DNA of 32,000 nt from Coprobacillaceae bacterium (GCA_963675515.1 OY776328.1:90001-122000), one strand, 5' to 3'; shown: positions 7,923-17,363, counted from the first letter of the stretch. Translations and numbers: made by a program. Notes: generated from the sequence alone by a model not told the origin.

Positions 7923-8627
7923 CTATAACAATGTCACCAGCGTCTGCCGAAAATTCTCGTAATGGAAATGAGACAGCGAATATTCGAATACAACGCCATT
8001 GCTTAGATAACCTACCTGTTCGATTTCGATAGCCGGAACATTTTCCGGTATCCCCAACAATTCATGGTCCAGCGAACCCGAAGGGACCGTATGGATTATT
8101 TTGTGGATTCCATGGATTGTCAATCCAAGCTCATCTTCAATATAGCTGTAAATGCTGCCTTGAAGATGCTCGATTTTCAGATCAGGGATAAGTGAGATCG
8201 GCATGAAGATGTATTCGATTCCATAGCTTTTCTCATCGACGAACCGGTGCCTGATTATATGATAGACAAAGCTCCCCTGCTCGACATGAAGATGGTGGGC
8301 CAGGGTTTCGTCGGCGCTGACAACTTCAAACTCGATGACGCGCGAAGTGACTTTGGAATCCGGATATGTCTGGGTCAGTCCATGGAATGGCTGTTCCCCC
8401 TGCAACTTGGTCAACGTGTCCGCGTCTTTGACGAAAGTACCCGCACCCCTTCTGCGGACAATCAAACCTTCTTTGACAAGAATCTCAAGAGCCTTTTTCA
8501 TGGTTGTTTTATTGCATCGGTAGTTGGCGCATAGGACATATTCATAAGGCAACTTTTGGCCATGGTCATACACATTGGTTGCAATCTTCTTGCGAATATC
8601 ATCGGCGATATCGATGTATTTTACCAT
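7923..8627 (-). CDS. GntR family transcriptional regulator, HutC subfamily (paralog of 7202-7912)
   Basis: It aligns end to end with the neighbour, with shared blocks ILVKEGLIVRRRG[SA]GTFVKD and IEQVGYL.NG..FEYS. The start is moved to M11 (MVKYIDIADD), which has AGGGGG 6-7 nt upstream. Confidence 0.85.
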   Translation of the reverse strand: MVKYIDIADDIRKKIATNVYDHGQKLPYEYVLCANYRCNKTTMKKALEILVKEGLIVRRRGAGTFVKDADTLTKLQGEQPFHGLTQTYPDSKVTSRVIEFEVVSADETLAHHLHVEQGSFVYHIIRHRFVDEKSYGIEYIFMPISLIPDLKIEHLQGSIYSYIEDELGLTIHGIHKIIHTVPSGSLDHELLGIPENVPAIEIEQVGYLSNGVVFEYSLSHFHYENFRQTLVTLL

Positions 8628-8647
8628 AAAATCACCCCCTTTTCTTA

Positions 8648-8668
8648 AAGATACCATACTTTTATATG
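8648..8668 (-). promoter_or_regulatory. Candidate GntR/HutC operator, copy 2 (just upstream of the RBS of the regulator pair)
   Basis: Core ATACCATACTTTTA at 8651-8664 is identical to 7084-7097. Its position fits autoregulation. Confidence 0.5.
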
Positions 8669-8694
8669 AAATGCACTGATTATTTAAAAAGAGA

Positions 8695-9240
8695 TTAATC
8701 GAAATTAATCTCTTTTACCAATTCATTTTCAAATGTGTAAATTCCAAAGCGGTCATTCTCATATACCCCGAAACTCCGGTCTCCTTTTTTGGGAAGCGAA
8801 ACTGATGATGGGTTGATTATGAATACTCCATCATCATCGCATTTGGCCACCGGTTTATGAATATGACCAAAGGCGAAGATGTCGCCTTTTTGCAAGGGCG
8901 GCAAATTATCCGGGTCATACAGATGGCCATGGGTCAAAAAGAATTTGTGGCCATCCAGGTGCAGGATGCCATAGTCGGAGCGAATCGGAAAATCAAGGAC
9001 CATCTGGTCGACTTCGCTGTCGCAATTGCCCCGCACCGCCACAATCTTGCTTGCCAGAGGATTTAAAATCCCGATAACTTCCTTGGGGTTGTACTCCTCA
9101 GGCAGATCATTGCGCGGACCATGATAAAGGATGTCCCCTAGAATCACAAGCATGTCGCACTTGGACTTTTCAAATCTATCGATTGCTTTCTTGCAGTATT
9201 TGGCACTGCCATGGATATCGCTAATAAACATTACTTTCAT
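8695..9240 (-). CDS. yfcE: YfcE-type metallophosphoesterase (phosphodiesterase, MJ0936 family)
   Basis: MKVMFISDIHGS, ILGDILYHGPRNDLPEEY, VRGNCDSEVDQMVL and THGH match E. coli YfcE motifs as remembered. Confidence 0.85.
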   Translation of the reverse strand: MKVMFISDIHGSAKYCKKAIDRFEKSKCDMLVILGDILYHGPRNDLPEEYNPKEVIGILNPLASKIVAVRGNCDSEVDQMVLDFPIRSDYGILHLDGHKFFLTHGHLYDPDNLPPLQKGDIFAFGHIHKPVAKCDDDGVFIINPSSVSLPKKGDRSFGVYENDRFGIYTFENELVKEINFD

Positions 9241-9263
9241 AATAACTCCTTAGCAAAAAAGGC

Positions 9264-9869
9264 TTAAGCCTTTTCAATTTCATAACGGACAATTGTTTTC
9301 AAACACTCAGGCTTAACCCTTTTGGCTGAGTTGAGATATATCTCATGGTGGAGACCTGAGAGCTTGATATTCTCAACGGTGATGTACTCCATGATCTTTT
9401 TGGTCGTATTTATTTCGCTATTATAAGTTCCTTTATGGAGCATCTGAACCGATACATTCTCAGGAATCTCCTGCACATACACATCCAACAGATATGGATT
9501 TGATGTCGTGTCCAACAATATGCCCTTGACCCGATCAAGAAGGTTCTCATCAACTTTAGGGTGTTGGCACATCATCAAAGTGAAACGGAATTCACTCTTG
9601 CGCTGGACATCAAAATGTTCATTGTCGTAGGTATCCCACATTCCTTCAAGATAACCATAAGCGATCTCGATATTATCTTTGGCCAGTTGTTTCTTGATTT
9701 CCCTTGACACCAATCGGAGAATCTCGCTTTTTAACCGAAACTCCTCATTGGTCGGGTTCCCCATTCCATCAACCATAATGTAGTTTTGAGCAGGTATTGC
9801 GACCAGGTCGACTCTTTTAGTACTCGCAGTATATTGCTTTTTGAATTCTTTTTTGGGATCAAAAACCAT
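9264..9869 (-). CDS. GyrI-like small-molecule-binding domain protein
   Basis: The C-terminal HHEIYLNSAKRVKPECLKTIVRYEI and N-terminal FDPKKEFKKQY are typical of this family. The start is moved to MVFDPKKEF, which has GGAGG 8 nt upstream. Confidence 0.75.
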   Translation of the reverse strand: MVFDPKKEFKKQYTASTKRVDLVAIPAQNYIMVDGMGNPTNEEFRLKSEILRLVSREIKKQLAKDNIEIAYGYLEGMWDTYDNEHFDVQRKSEFRFTLMMCQHPKVDENLLDRVKGILLDTTSNPYLLDVYVQEIPENVSVQMLHKGTYNSEINTTKKIMEYITVENIKLSGLHHEIYLNSAKRVKPECLKTIVRYEIEKA

Positions 9870-9921
9870 ACTTGCTACCTCCTGAAAATTTATACCATAA
9901 TTTGAATCAGGATATTCCATC

Positions 9922-10404
9922 CTATTTTCTTCTGATTGTTTTGATAACTACCGGTTCCAATGGTGCATCCTGGAAGTTCGTTTTGACTTCAGCGATCTTA
10001 TCAACAACCTCTAATCCCTTGGTGATTTGTCCGAATCCCGCATATTCTCCATCAAGATGAGGCGCACTTTGGTGCATGATAAAGAATTGTGAAGATGCCG
10101 AATCCTTATAGGCAGTCCTTGCCATTGAAAGAACACCTTTGGTGTGTTTCAAGTCATTGGCAACACCATTAGAAGCAAACTCGCCTTTGATTGAAGCGGC
10201 TTCCTTATGGTTGAAATCCTTGTCATATCCCCCGCCTTGAAGCATGAAGCCTTTGATAACGCGGTGAAATATCATGCCTGCGAAAAAGTCCTGATCGATA
10301 AGTTTTAAAAAGTTATCAACAGTTATCGGCGCGACTGCAGGATAAAGCTCACCCTCCATGATATCGCCATTTTCCATTTCGATAATTATTTCAATATTTT
10401 CCAT
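9922..10404 (-). CDS. ppiB: Peptidyl-prolyl cis-trans isomerase, cyclophilin type
   Basis: Cyclophilin blocks are FHRVIKGFMLQGG, GVLSMAR and SQFFIM. RBS AGGAGG. Confidence 0.9.
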   Translation of the reverse strand: MENIEIIIEMENGDIMEGELYPAVAPITVDNFLKLIDQDFFAGMIFHRVIKGFMLQGGGYDKDFNHKEAASIKGEFASNGVANDLKHTKGVLSMARTAYKDSASSQFFIMHQSAPHLDGEYAGFGQITKGLEVVDKIAEVKTNFQDAPLEPVVIKTIRRK

Positions 10405-10504
10405 ATATACCTCCTATGAATCTAAACAACATATAAAGTATAACGATATTGTATAAAAAATCAAATAATATTTTGTTTTTTTACACCAAATTGCATAATA
10501 ATAT

Positions 10505-10536
10505 AAAAAACAGGAAACTATTTTATAAGTTTCCTA
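10505..10536 (-). terminator. Rho-independent terminator after the SWIM-like gene
   Basis: Minus strand reads AGGAAACT-TATAAAAT-AGTTTCCT followed by GTTTTTT. Confidence 0.8.
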
Positions 10537-10580
10537 AATATTGGCCACTTTTGTCCTCAACCACTAAATTCCAGCCCGTT

Positions 10581-11834
10581 CTAAAGGTCCAATTCCCATA
10601 GAAGGCGAACCGCATCCTCATGATCGAGACTGCTCATAATCCCCTGCGAAATATAGGTGTAATAATCATCCTTGTCGGTAACACTTGATTGCCCAATTGC
10701 ACCAATAACACCGCTGAAAAGATCCTTAAGGTAGCCCGGGGTTTCCAATTGAAGCCGATAGTCATTGAAAGTGTAGTTCAAAAATTCAATAAATGCGTTC
10801 GCATTTCCGGCGTCGAGATAATACCTCAGCAACTCATACACACCATGATATATTTCAGCCCGGGGCTGCAATTGGTAAAACATTTTTGCGGTTTTTGCCA
10901 GTGAAAGGTTCAGCTGAGTCCTGGTGACGATATTCAGCCGATTGAGACTGATACAAAGATTGCTTATCTCCACAGGCAGATTTTCAGACTGGTTGTCACG
11001 GACAACCGGAATCAACCTGTCAATGCGCTCCTTGATTATCTTTTGAATCGCTTTGGCCTGTACTTTGTTTATCGCGAAAGTTATAAGCAGATCACCGATC
11101 AGGATCTCATTGAAAATTGTCTCAGGATCCTTGAGATGGCTGATAAGGTCGTTGATAAAGGCTTTGCTTTCCACTTTGTTTGCGGCTAATTTCGCCCCAA
11201 CTCCCTCGAACAAGGTGAGAACATGTCCGTAAAACTCAATCGGCCAGTCATATTGGTAGCGGGTCATCAGCTTCAACAAATAGAAAGATAGCTCCCTGAT
11301 ACTTTTGGCATCGTTGCCATAACTGTCAATTTCTTCATTGATCTCTTTAATCAGTTTTCTAAAATTCTTCCTTAGGATGAAACCGGTCTGGGAATATTCG
11401 CTAAAAATATCATCGATCCTCTCATATTCCAAGTCCCCTTTGAAATCGATGCCGCCATTTTCCTCGAACAATATCATGTCCAGGAAATAGTTGTACAACT
11501 CCTCGTTGTAGTTTATCGCCAGCTCGACGAAATCCTTGATGCCCTGCCATGAAAGCGAACCGTTGAAGGCGTTTTCGAGCATAAGAGCTTTCGAGTTTTC
11601 CATCCTCTTGTTGAGTTCGATCACAAATGCCAACCGATGGGCGCACATTTCCTGACCGCAGTCACACTTAATATCATCAAGATTATTGATATTGCCGTTG
11701 AGAACCAAATGGTAGAGCACATCTTTGTATTCGCAATCGGCCTCGATATGCGAATCAGTGCCGGTGATGTTGCTGATGCCATTGGCATCGACAATATCCA
11801 TGGCCGCTTCCATTATTTTATCCAGTTTATCCAT
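10581..11834 (-). CDS. Hypothetical protein with an N-terminal SWIM-like zinc-finger motif and a long helical C-terminal region
   Basis: IKCDCGQEMCAHRLAF fits a C-x-C-x4-C-x-H pattern, with a shorter spacer than canonical SWIM. I recognised nothing in the rest. RBS GAGGTGAG. Only 33 nt and no terminator separate it from rlmH. Confidence 0.6.
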   Translation of the reverse strand: MDKLDKIMEAAMDIVDANGISNITGTDSHIEADCEYKDVLYHLVLNGNINNLDDIKCDCGQEMCAHRLAFVIELNKRMENSKALMLENAFNGSLSWQGIKDFVELAINYNEELYNYFLDMILFEENGGIDFKGDLEYERIDDIFSEYSQTGFILRKNFRKLIKEINEEIDSYGNDAKSIRELSFYLLKLMTRYQYDWPIEFYGHVLTLFEGVGAKLAANKVESKAFINDLISHLKDPETIFNEILIGDLLITFAINKVQAKAIQKIIKERIDRLIPVVRDNQSENLPVEISNLCISLNRLNIVTRTQLNLSLAKTAKMFYQLQPRAEIYHGVYELLRYYLDAGNANAFIEFLNYTFNDYRLQLETPGYLKDLFSGVIGAIGQSSVTDKDDYYTYISQGIMSSLDHEDAVRLLWELDL

Positions 11835-11867
11835 CTTCTCACCTCGTTTTCAGTAAAATTTTCTTTA

Positions 11868-12347
11868 TTATTTATGATATGTCTCATTCTTGATTATTTT
11901 GAATGAACGATAGATCTGCTCGACCAGGATCAGCCTGATCAGCTGGTGGGGCAAGGTCATCTTAGAGAACGAAAGCTTGTAGTCCGCTCGTTTTAGAACA
12001 TCCTCGCCATGACCCAACGATCCGCCGATCACAAATGTGATTGATGACTTGCCGTTGATCATCAGATTCTCAATTTTATTGGCAAGCTCGACCGAGTCAA
12101 TCGCCTCTCCTGCAACGTGGAGCAAAATCACATATTCACTGTCCTTGATCCTTCCAAGGATTTTCGCACCCTCTTTTTGTTTGACTATCTCCTGGTCTTT
12201 TGGCGAAGCATTGTCGCCAATTGGTTCATCGCCAAGCTCGACAATCTCCATCTTGCAGTAGGCTCCCAGCCTTTTGAGGTATTCCTGAATGCCTTGCTTG
12301 AGGTATTTTTCCTTGAGTTTTCCAACCGCTATTATCTTAACGTTCAT
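11868..12347 (-). CDS. rlmH: 23S rRNA (pseudouridine1915-N3)-methyltransferase RlmH (SPOUT)
   Basis: Typical 159-aa RlmH: MNVKIIAVGKLKEKY ... FVIGGSLGHGEDVLKRADYKLSFSKMTLPHQL. The start is moved to M25 of the track ORF. Confidence 0.9.
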   Translation of the reverse strand: MNVKIIAVGKLKEKYLKQGIQEYLKRLGAYCKMEIVELGDEPIGDNASPKDQEIVKQKEGAKILGRIKDSEYVILLHVAGEAIDSVELANKIENLMINGKSSITFVIGGSLGHGEDVLKRADYKLSFSKMTLPHQLIRLILVEQIYRSFKIIKNETYHK

Positions 12348-13086
12348 TTTCACCACCGGAAACAATATCCACCTGCGAGGCGCATTTGAAATTGGTGAAG
12401 CTAAGACCATGATTGCCAAAGACTTCCTCGAACGCCTTCAAGGCCATATCTTCACTGTTGGCTTCCTGGGAAAGATGGGCCAGCACGATTTCCCTGGTGT
12501 CCGCTCCGATCACCTGAGCCATAAGATTGGCGCTGTATTCGTTGTTGAGATGGCCAAGATCCTCGTAAATTCTTCTTTTCAAAAAAAGCGGCCGGTTTGT
12601 GTTCATCAATGTCTCAACATCATGGTTGCTTTCAATTATGTAGTACGTAAGGTTATTCAGGTATGACTGATTTTTCTTTGATACATATCCGGTATCGGTC
12701 ATGTAGAGCAGCGATTTGTCATCATGCTTGAAAATGAAGGCGAGTGGGTTTTTGACATCATGGCTGATCGCCAAGGGCGTCACCTGAACCCCGGCGAAGT
12801 CATATTCGAGGTAGGGCTGAAGATAATTGTCGCCTGGCAAATTCTCCATGGTTCCCACACCGGTGTAAATCATGGACTGGGAAAAAATCTTGATATTCTT
12901 GCTGTGATCGTAATGTTCGTGGGTCAAAAAAACAAAGTTGATATCGTCTTCATTGAACCCGATAGTGCTCAGCTTGTACAACAATTGCTTGCGGGTGATG
13001 CCGCAGTCAATCAAAAACCCGACACCATTGACATAGATGAAGGTGCTGTTGCCTTTTGAGCCGCTGGCTAAGATGTGGTATTCCAT
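12337..13086 (-). CDS. MBL-fold metallo-hydrolase, YycJ/WalJ-like
   Basis: The HEHYDH metal motif is present with N-terminal LASGSKGNSTFI. It sits directly upstream of rlmH, as in many Bacillota, and overlaps the rlmH start by 11 nt. Confidence 0.8.
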   Translation of the reverse strand: MEYHILASGSKGNSTFIYVNGVGFLIDCGITRKQLLYKLSTIGFNEDDINFVFLTHEHYDHSKNIKIFSQSMIYTGVGTMENLPGDNYLQPYLEYDFAGVQVTPLAISHDVKNPLAFIFKHDDKSLLYMTDTGYVSKKNQSYLNNLTYYIIESNHDVETLMNTNRPLFLKRRIYEDLGHLNNEYSANLMAQVIGADTREIVLAHLSQEANSEDMALKAFEEVFGNHGLSFTNFKCASQVDIVSGGENER

Positions 13087-13105
13087 TTTAAATTCTCCGT
13101 TATGT

Positions 13106-13132
13106 AAAAAAATAGGGTACCGAGTACCCTAT
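13106..13132 (-). terminator. Rho-independent terminator of rpmE
   Basis: Minus strand reads ATAGGGTAC-TCG-GTACCCTAT followed by TTTTTTT. Confidence 0.85.
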
Positions 13133-13134
13133 AA

Positions 13135-13338
13135 TTATTTGATTCCGTATTTTTTGTTGAATTTATCAACACGACCATCTGCACTCGCAAATCTTTGTTT
13201 ACCAGTATAGAATGGATGACAATTAGAGCATGTATCGACACGCACTTCGTTTAATACTGATCCGCTTTCAAATTCATTTCCACATGATGTGCAAACAACT
13301 TTTACAGTTTTGTAGTTTGGATGAATTCCTTGTTTCAT
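13135..13338 (-). CDS. rpmE: 50S ribosomal protein L31 (Cys-containing, zinc-ribbon form)
   Basis: MKQGIHPNY ... CTSCGNEF ... [12 protein letters not shown]. Confidence 0.95.
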   Translation of the reverse strand: MKQGIHPNYKTVKVVCTSCGNEFESGSVLNEVRVDTCSNCHPFYTGKQRFASADGRVDKFNKKYGIK

Positions 13339-13391
13339 TTCTATTCTCCTTCCGCCTTATAATATCTTATTACAAAGTAAGTTACCATGCT

Positions 13392-13419
13392 ATTATACAC
13401 CAATTTTTGCCCGATTCAA
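13392..13419 (-). promoter_or_regulatory. Sigma-A type promoter of rpmE
   Basis: Minus strand reads TTGAAT (plus 13414-13419), 16 nt, TATAAT (plus 13392-13397). Confidence 0.6.
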
Positions 13420-13429
13420 GAACTTTTTT

Positions 13430-14692
13430 CTAATTCTCGACAATTCTTCTTGAAATTCTGGCACCCAGGGCGATAAGCTTATTGTCGATGTTTTCATAGC
13501 CTCTGTCAATGTGGTATACGTTGTCGATTTCGCTCACCCCTTCGCTAATCAAAGCCGCAACAATCAGGGCCGCACCACAGCGAAGATCCGTGGCATAAAC
13601 CCGGGTTCCGGTCAATTTGGTAGGACCGTAAACTTTGCAAGCTCCTTCGAAAACCTCAATATGGGCCCCCATATTCGCCAGCTGCTCGCAGTGTCCAAAC
13701 CGCTCCGGATATATGTTTTCCGTTACGGTAGAAACTCCTTTGGCCTGGGTCATCAGGGTTGTCAGCGGCTGCTGCAGGTCGGTTGCGAACCCCGGATAAA
13801 CCTGGGTCCGGACATCGCAAGCCACCATATCGCGAGCTCCGTTGACTATTATGCTGTCGCCGATAGTTTCCATGACCACACCCATCTCCTTGAGTTTGGA
13901 AATCAGCGACTCCAAATGCTGAGGAATGACATTTTTGACAACCACCCGGTCGCCAGCCGCGGCAGCGATGATCAGGAATGTCCCCGCCTCGATCCGGTCA
14001 GGAATGATTTCATGATTGCAGCCATTAAGTTTTGTCACACCCTCGATCGTTATCGTATCGGTCCCGGCACCACGGATGTTCGCACCCATCTTGGTCAACA
14101 AGTTGCAGACATCGATTATTTCCGGTTCCTTTGCGACGTTTTCGATTATCGTCTTGCCAGTAGCTTTAACCGCTGCCAGGATGATGTTGATTGTGGCGCC
14201 GACCGAAGCAAAGTCGAGGTAGATTTTGGTTCCCACCAGCTCATCGGCCTTGATTATGATGCAGTCGTCCTCATAGGAAACTTTCGCACCCAGAGCCTCG
14301 AACCCCTTGATGTGGAGATCGATTGGACGCGGTCCAAGATAGCAGCCGCCTGGCATCCGCATCCGCACTTCCTTGCATTTCCCCAGCAACGAGCCCATAA
14401 GATAATAAGAAGCGCGAAGTTTGTCCACCGCCGGTGAAACCAGGGGCACGTTTTGAAGATTTGAGGGATCAATCTTGATTGTATCCCCTTTTCGCTGCAC
14501 GGTACAGTTGAGCTCTTCGAGCAGAACCTTGAGTGCCTCGACATCCGAAATGTTCGGGACGCCATAAATATCCACCGGTCCATCGGCAAGAACCACCGCG
14601 GGAATCAGCGCGACAGTCGCATTTTTAGCTCCGCTGATTTCGACCGTTCCACTTAACTTATGGCCTCCTTCGATTGCAATAATTTCTTTCAT
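13430..14692 (-). CDS. murA: UDP-N-acetylglucosamine 1-carboxyvinyltransferase
   Basis: A 420-aa EPSP-synthase-fold protein with MurA blocks GAKNA, LRASYYLMG..L and PGGCYLGPRPIDLH (active-site Cys loop). Confidence 0.9.
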   Translation of the reverse strand: MKEIIAIEGGHKLSGTVEISGAKNATVALIPAVVLADGPVDIYGVPNISDVEALKVLLEELNCTVQRKGDTIKIDPSNLQNVPLVSPAVDKLRASYYLMGSLLGKCKEVRMRMPGGCYLGPRPIDLHIKGFEALGAKVSYEDDCIIIKADELVGTKIYLDFASVGATINIILAAVKATGKTIIENVAKEPEIIDVCNLLTKMGANIRGAGTDTITIEGVTKLNGCNHEIIPDRIEAGTFLIIAAAAGDRVVVKNVIPQHLESLISKLKEMGVVMETIGDSIIVNGARDMVACDVRTQVYPGFATDLQQPLTTLMTQAKGVSTVTENIYPERFGHCEQLANMGAHIEVFEGACKVYGPTKLTGTRVYATDLRCGAALIVAALISEGVSEIDNVYHIDRGYENIDNKLIALGARISRRIVEN

Positions 14693-14774
14693 TAAAGACC
14701 TCCACCCATCGGGTAATTCTGATACTGATTGATGCTATTCTATATAGGGATTACAACATGAAATATTTCGAATA

Positions 14775-14808
14775 AAAAAGATGAGGTATTAGGAATACAT
14801 CATCTTTA
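14775..14808 (-). terminator. Rho-independent terminator of fba
   Basis: Minus strand reads AAGATGATGTATT-CCT-AATACCTCATCTT followed by TTTT; the stem has one mismatch. Confidence 0.75.
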
Positions 14809-14829
14809 AGTAAAATTTCAAACCTTGAA

Positions 14830-15696
14830 TTAAGCCTTGTTAACAGAACCAAATAATTCCATTTTGATTTTCACGATTTCTTTGATCGCTTCATATCCAG
14901 GACCTAATAATTTACGAGGGTCAAAACCTTTTCCTTTTAAATCTTTTCCTTCTTCGATATATTTTCTAGTCGCAGCTTGGAAGTATAATTGGCATTCAGT
15001 GTTTACGTTGATTTTAGAAACACCCAAAGAGATTGATTTTGCGATCATATCATCAGGGATTCCTGTTCCACCATGCAATACTAATGGTAAAGTTCCAGTT
15101 TCTTTTTGGATTGCAGCCAACGCTTCGAAATCCAAACCTTCCCAGTTTTCAGGGTATTGACCGTGAATGTTTCCGATACCGGCCGCAAGGAAGTCAACTC
15201 CCAAGTCAGCGATCATTTTACATTCTTTAGGATCAGCAACTTCACCTTTACCAACAACACCGTCTTCTTCTCCGCCGATTGATCCAACTTCAGCTTCAAC
15301 TGAGATGTTCAATGAGTGGCAGAATTCTGTGATTTCTTTTGTTTTTTCGATGTTTTCTTCGATACCATAGTGAGAACCATCGAACATGATTGAAGTGAAT
15401 CCAGCAGCAGCAGCAGCTTTTGCCCCTTCATATGAACCGTGGTCCAAATGTAAAGCTACTGGTACAGTGATGTTCAATTCCTCAACCATCGCTTTAACCA
15501 TAGCCGCTACAGTTTTGAATCCTGTCATATATTTAGCAGCACCTTCAGATACTCCCAAAATAACTGGAGAGTTATTTTCTTGAGCTGTAATTAAAATTGC
15601 CTTTGTCCATTCCAAGTTGTTGATATTGAATTGACCAACCGCGTATTGTCCTTCTTTTGCTTTAACAAGCATTTCTGTTGCAGATACTAATCCCAT
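14830..15696 (-). CDS. fba: Class II fructose-1,6-bisphosphate aldolase
   Basis: Motifs are YAVGQFNINNLEW, LHLDHG, MFDGS and LVLHGGTG. All-A/T-ending codons suggest high expression. Confidence 0.9.
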   Translation of the reverse strand: MGLVSATEMLVKAKEGQYAVGQFNINNLEWTKAILITAQENNSPVILGVSEGAAKYMTGFKTVAAMVKAMVEELNITVPVALHLDHGSYEGAKAAAAAGFTSIMFDGSHYGIEENIEKTKEITEFCHSLNISVEAEVGSIGGEEDGVVGKGEVADPKECKMIADLGVDFLAAGIGNIHGQYPENWEGLDFEALAAIQKETGTLPLVLHGGTGIPDDMIAKSISLGVSKINVNTECQLYFQAATRKYIEEGKDLKGKGFDPRKLLGPGYEAIKEIVKIKMELFGSVNKA

Positions 15697-15853
15697 CTTA
15701 TTTCTCCTTATATAAATTTTACACGTCCATTTTACTACAATTATATAAAAAATCTAGTTTTTTTTGCTTATTTGCAAGTAATAATCGGATTTATTTCATT
15801 ATTTCTTCAATATCCTAAAAGCGTTTCGGATGATAGCGGATACATCGCCAATC

Positions 15854-17305
15854 CTAGTAGTAACAGATGACAGGAGTGCCGATTTTGGTGTATTCGTACA
15901 TCTTGGCAGCCTCGGAATATCTCATGTTGACGCAGCCATGTGAACCGTTATAGGTATATATCCTTCCCCCAAAGGAACTGCGGTAGGTCGCATCATGCAT
16001 TCCAATTCCGCCATTGAAAGCCATCCAGTATTTTACCGGAACTTCATATGGCCAGGTCCCATCTGGGTTTTGAGTTCCTCTTAGAACCCGGTTAAGTTGC
16101 TTGTAATACACATAATAACATCCTGAGGGTGTCTTGCGGTCCGGATCGCTTGCCAGCCCGGTTACTATCTGGTCGGTCTGGAATACGATCTTGCCGTTTT
16201 GGATCATGTAAAGTTTTTGGGCTGACAGATTTATTTCAACATAGGTATCTCCGATTCCGCTGTTTGACTGGTAACCATAACCGAACAGAGCTGGAGTGCG
16301 TTGGGTGGTTTCATGATTGGTGATCATTTCCAACAGCTTGTTTGTCTCAGTCGTTACCAGAACATATTGCCCCAGTGTTCCCCCACTGATTGTAACAGTG
16401 TTACCGGTCGCGGTTTTAAACTGCCGAGTGATTCCAAGAGTGTAATAGTATCTTGTAAACGTCCTGATAAACGCTTTTGCCTTGGTGGCAAATACAGTTT
16501 CGTCCTTGATCCAGTTGCCGCTACCATCCTGGGTCAACCAGGTCAGCAGGGTGTTTTGATCCAGGACAAATTTATGCTCGCTATCGGGCTGATAAGTGAT
16601 TGATGCATCACAATATTTATTGGCCGCAACGAGCAGATTGGCAAGGTTGGCATCGTCCGATTTGACGGCCGCGGTTTGGTACAAATCCAAAGCCAGCACA
16701 TCGATATCTGTTTCACCAATGAGATACTGCTCCTTAGCCATTTCAATCAGCCTGGTTGTGTCCACGACATTTCCCAATGTTTCAGGCACAATGACGAACT
16801 GGTCGCTCACATAGCTTACATAGGCATTTTGCGGCGCCTGGTCACCCTTGGTCTGTTCCAAAGACAAAATCGCATCGCTTAGTTTATTTTCATCTATGGC
16901 GACAAAATCCTCGCTCGACAGTTCGTTCCTGTCAAAAAGCTGGGCAAACCAGAGCCAGGAATCCTGATTTTCTATGAACCGGTCGACAAATGATGGGTCT
17001 TTGATGGTGGGTTTGAAGCTGTTTTCATCAAGTTCCACAACCGAACCGTCACCGAATGTCAGTGTCACCGACTGGGATTTGATTTTTTGTTCAAGAAGGC
17101 TGATAACCTCCTCGCTCGTTTTCCCTGAAACGTCGATTCCCTCGACTGTTGTATTCTGGAAAAAATGGCTGCCAAAATAGAATCCCCCAACGATATAGGT
17201 AATTATGGCGATTGAAAATATCACCGACAAGACGATAATTATTTTGCTTCTGGTAGTTCTTTTGCTTGGCCGTTTTGTTTTGGTCATTTTTTCTTCTGTT
17301 TCCAA
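15854..17305 (-). CDS. L,D-transpeptidase family protein (N-terminal TM anchor, C-terminal YkuD domain)
   Basis: The C-terminal catalytic motif is GMHDA ... SHGCVNM, and there is an N-terminal TM helix IIIVLSVIFSIAIITYIVGGFYF. The TTG start at 17305 has AGGGAGGGG 6 nt upstream; an ATG at 17287 is the alternative. Confidence 0.8.
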   Translation of the reverse strand: METEEKMTKTKRPSKRTTRSKIIIVLSVIFSIAIITYIVGGFYFGSHFFQNTTVEGIDVSGKTSEEVISLLEQKIKSQSVTLTFGDGSVVELDENSFKPTIKDPSFVDRFIENQDSWLWFAQLFDRNELSSEDFVAIDENKLSDAILSLEQTKGDQAPQNAYVSYVSDQFVIVPETLGNVVDTTRLIEMAKEQYLIGETDIDVLALDLYQTAAVKSDDANLANLLVAANKYCDASITYQPDSEHKFVLDQNTLLTWLTQDGSGNWIKDETVFATKAKAFIRTFTRYYYTLGITRQFKTATGNTVTISGGTLGQYVLVTTETNKLLEMITNHETTQRTPALFGYGYQSNSGIGDTYVEINLSAQKLYMIQNGKIVFQTDQIVTGLASDPDRKTPSGCYYVYYKQLNRVLRGTQNPDGTWPYEVPVKYWMAFNGGIGMHDATYRSSFGGRIYTYNGSHGCVNMRYSEAAKMYEYTKIGTPVICYY

Positions 17306-17363
17306 TTTAGGCCCCTCCCTTGTGTTTACACCGCGTTATTACACATTCCCTTACATAATTATA

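Noticed and set aside
13511-14437. A 308-aa plus-strand ORF antisense to murA. Similar long antisense ORFs occur at 3482-4135, 7511-8032, 19527-20021, 20756-21385, 25634-26065, 29564-29995, 30890-31441 and 31239-31697.
   Set aside because: Each lies entirely inside a well-supported minus-strand gene. None has an RBS or recognisable motifs, and their compositions are low-complexity and Arg/Gly/His-rich. They are shadow ORFs of the kind produced by the codon bias of the real gene.
2863-15696. A sharp codon-usage difference as evidence of horizontal transfer. The GSIII, EIIC, fba and rpmE genes use almost only A/T-ending codons, while neighbours such as the gntR genes and murA use many G/C-ending codons.
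   Set aside because: The deviating genes are classic highly expressed genes, so translational selection explains the pattern. No mobility genes or repeats flank them. I did not compute any statistics.
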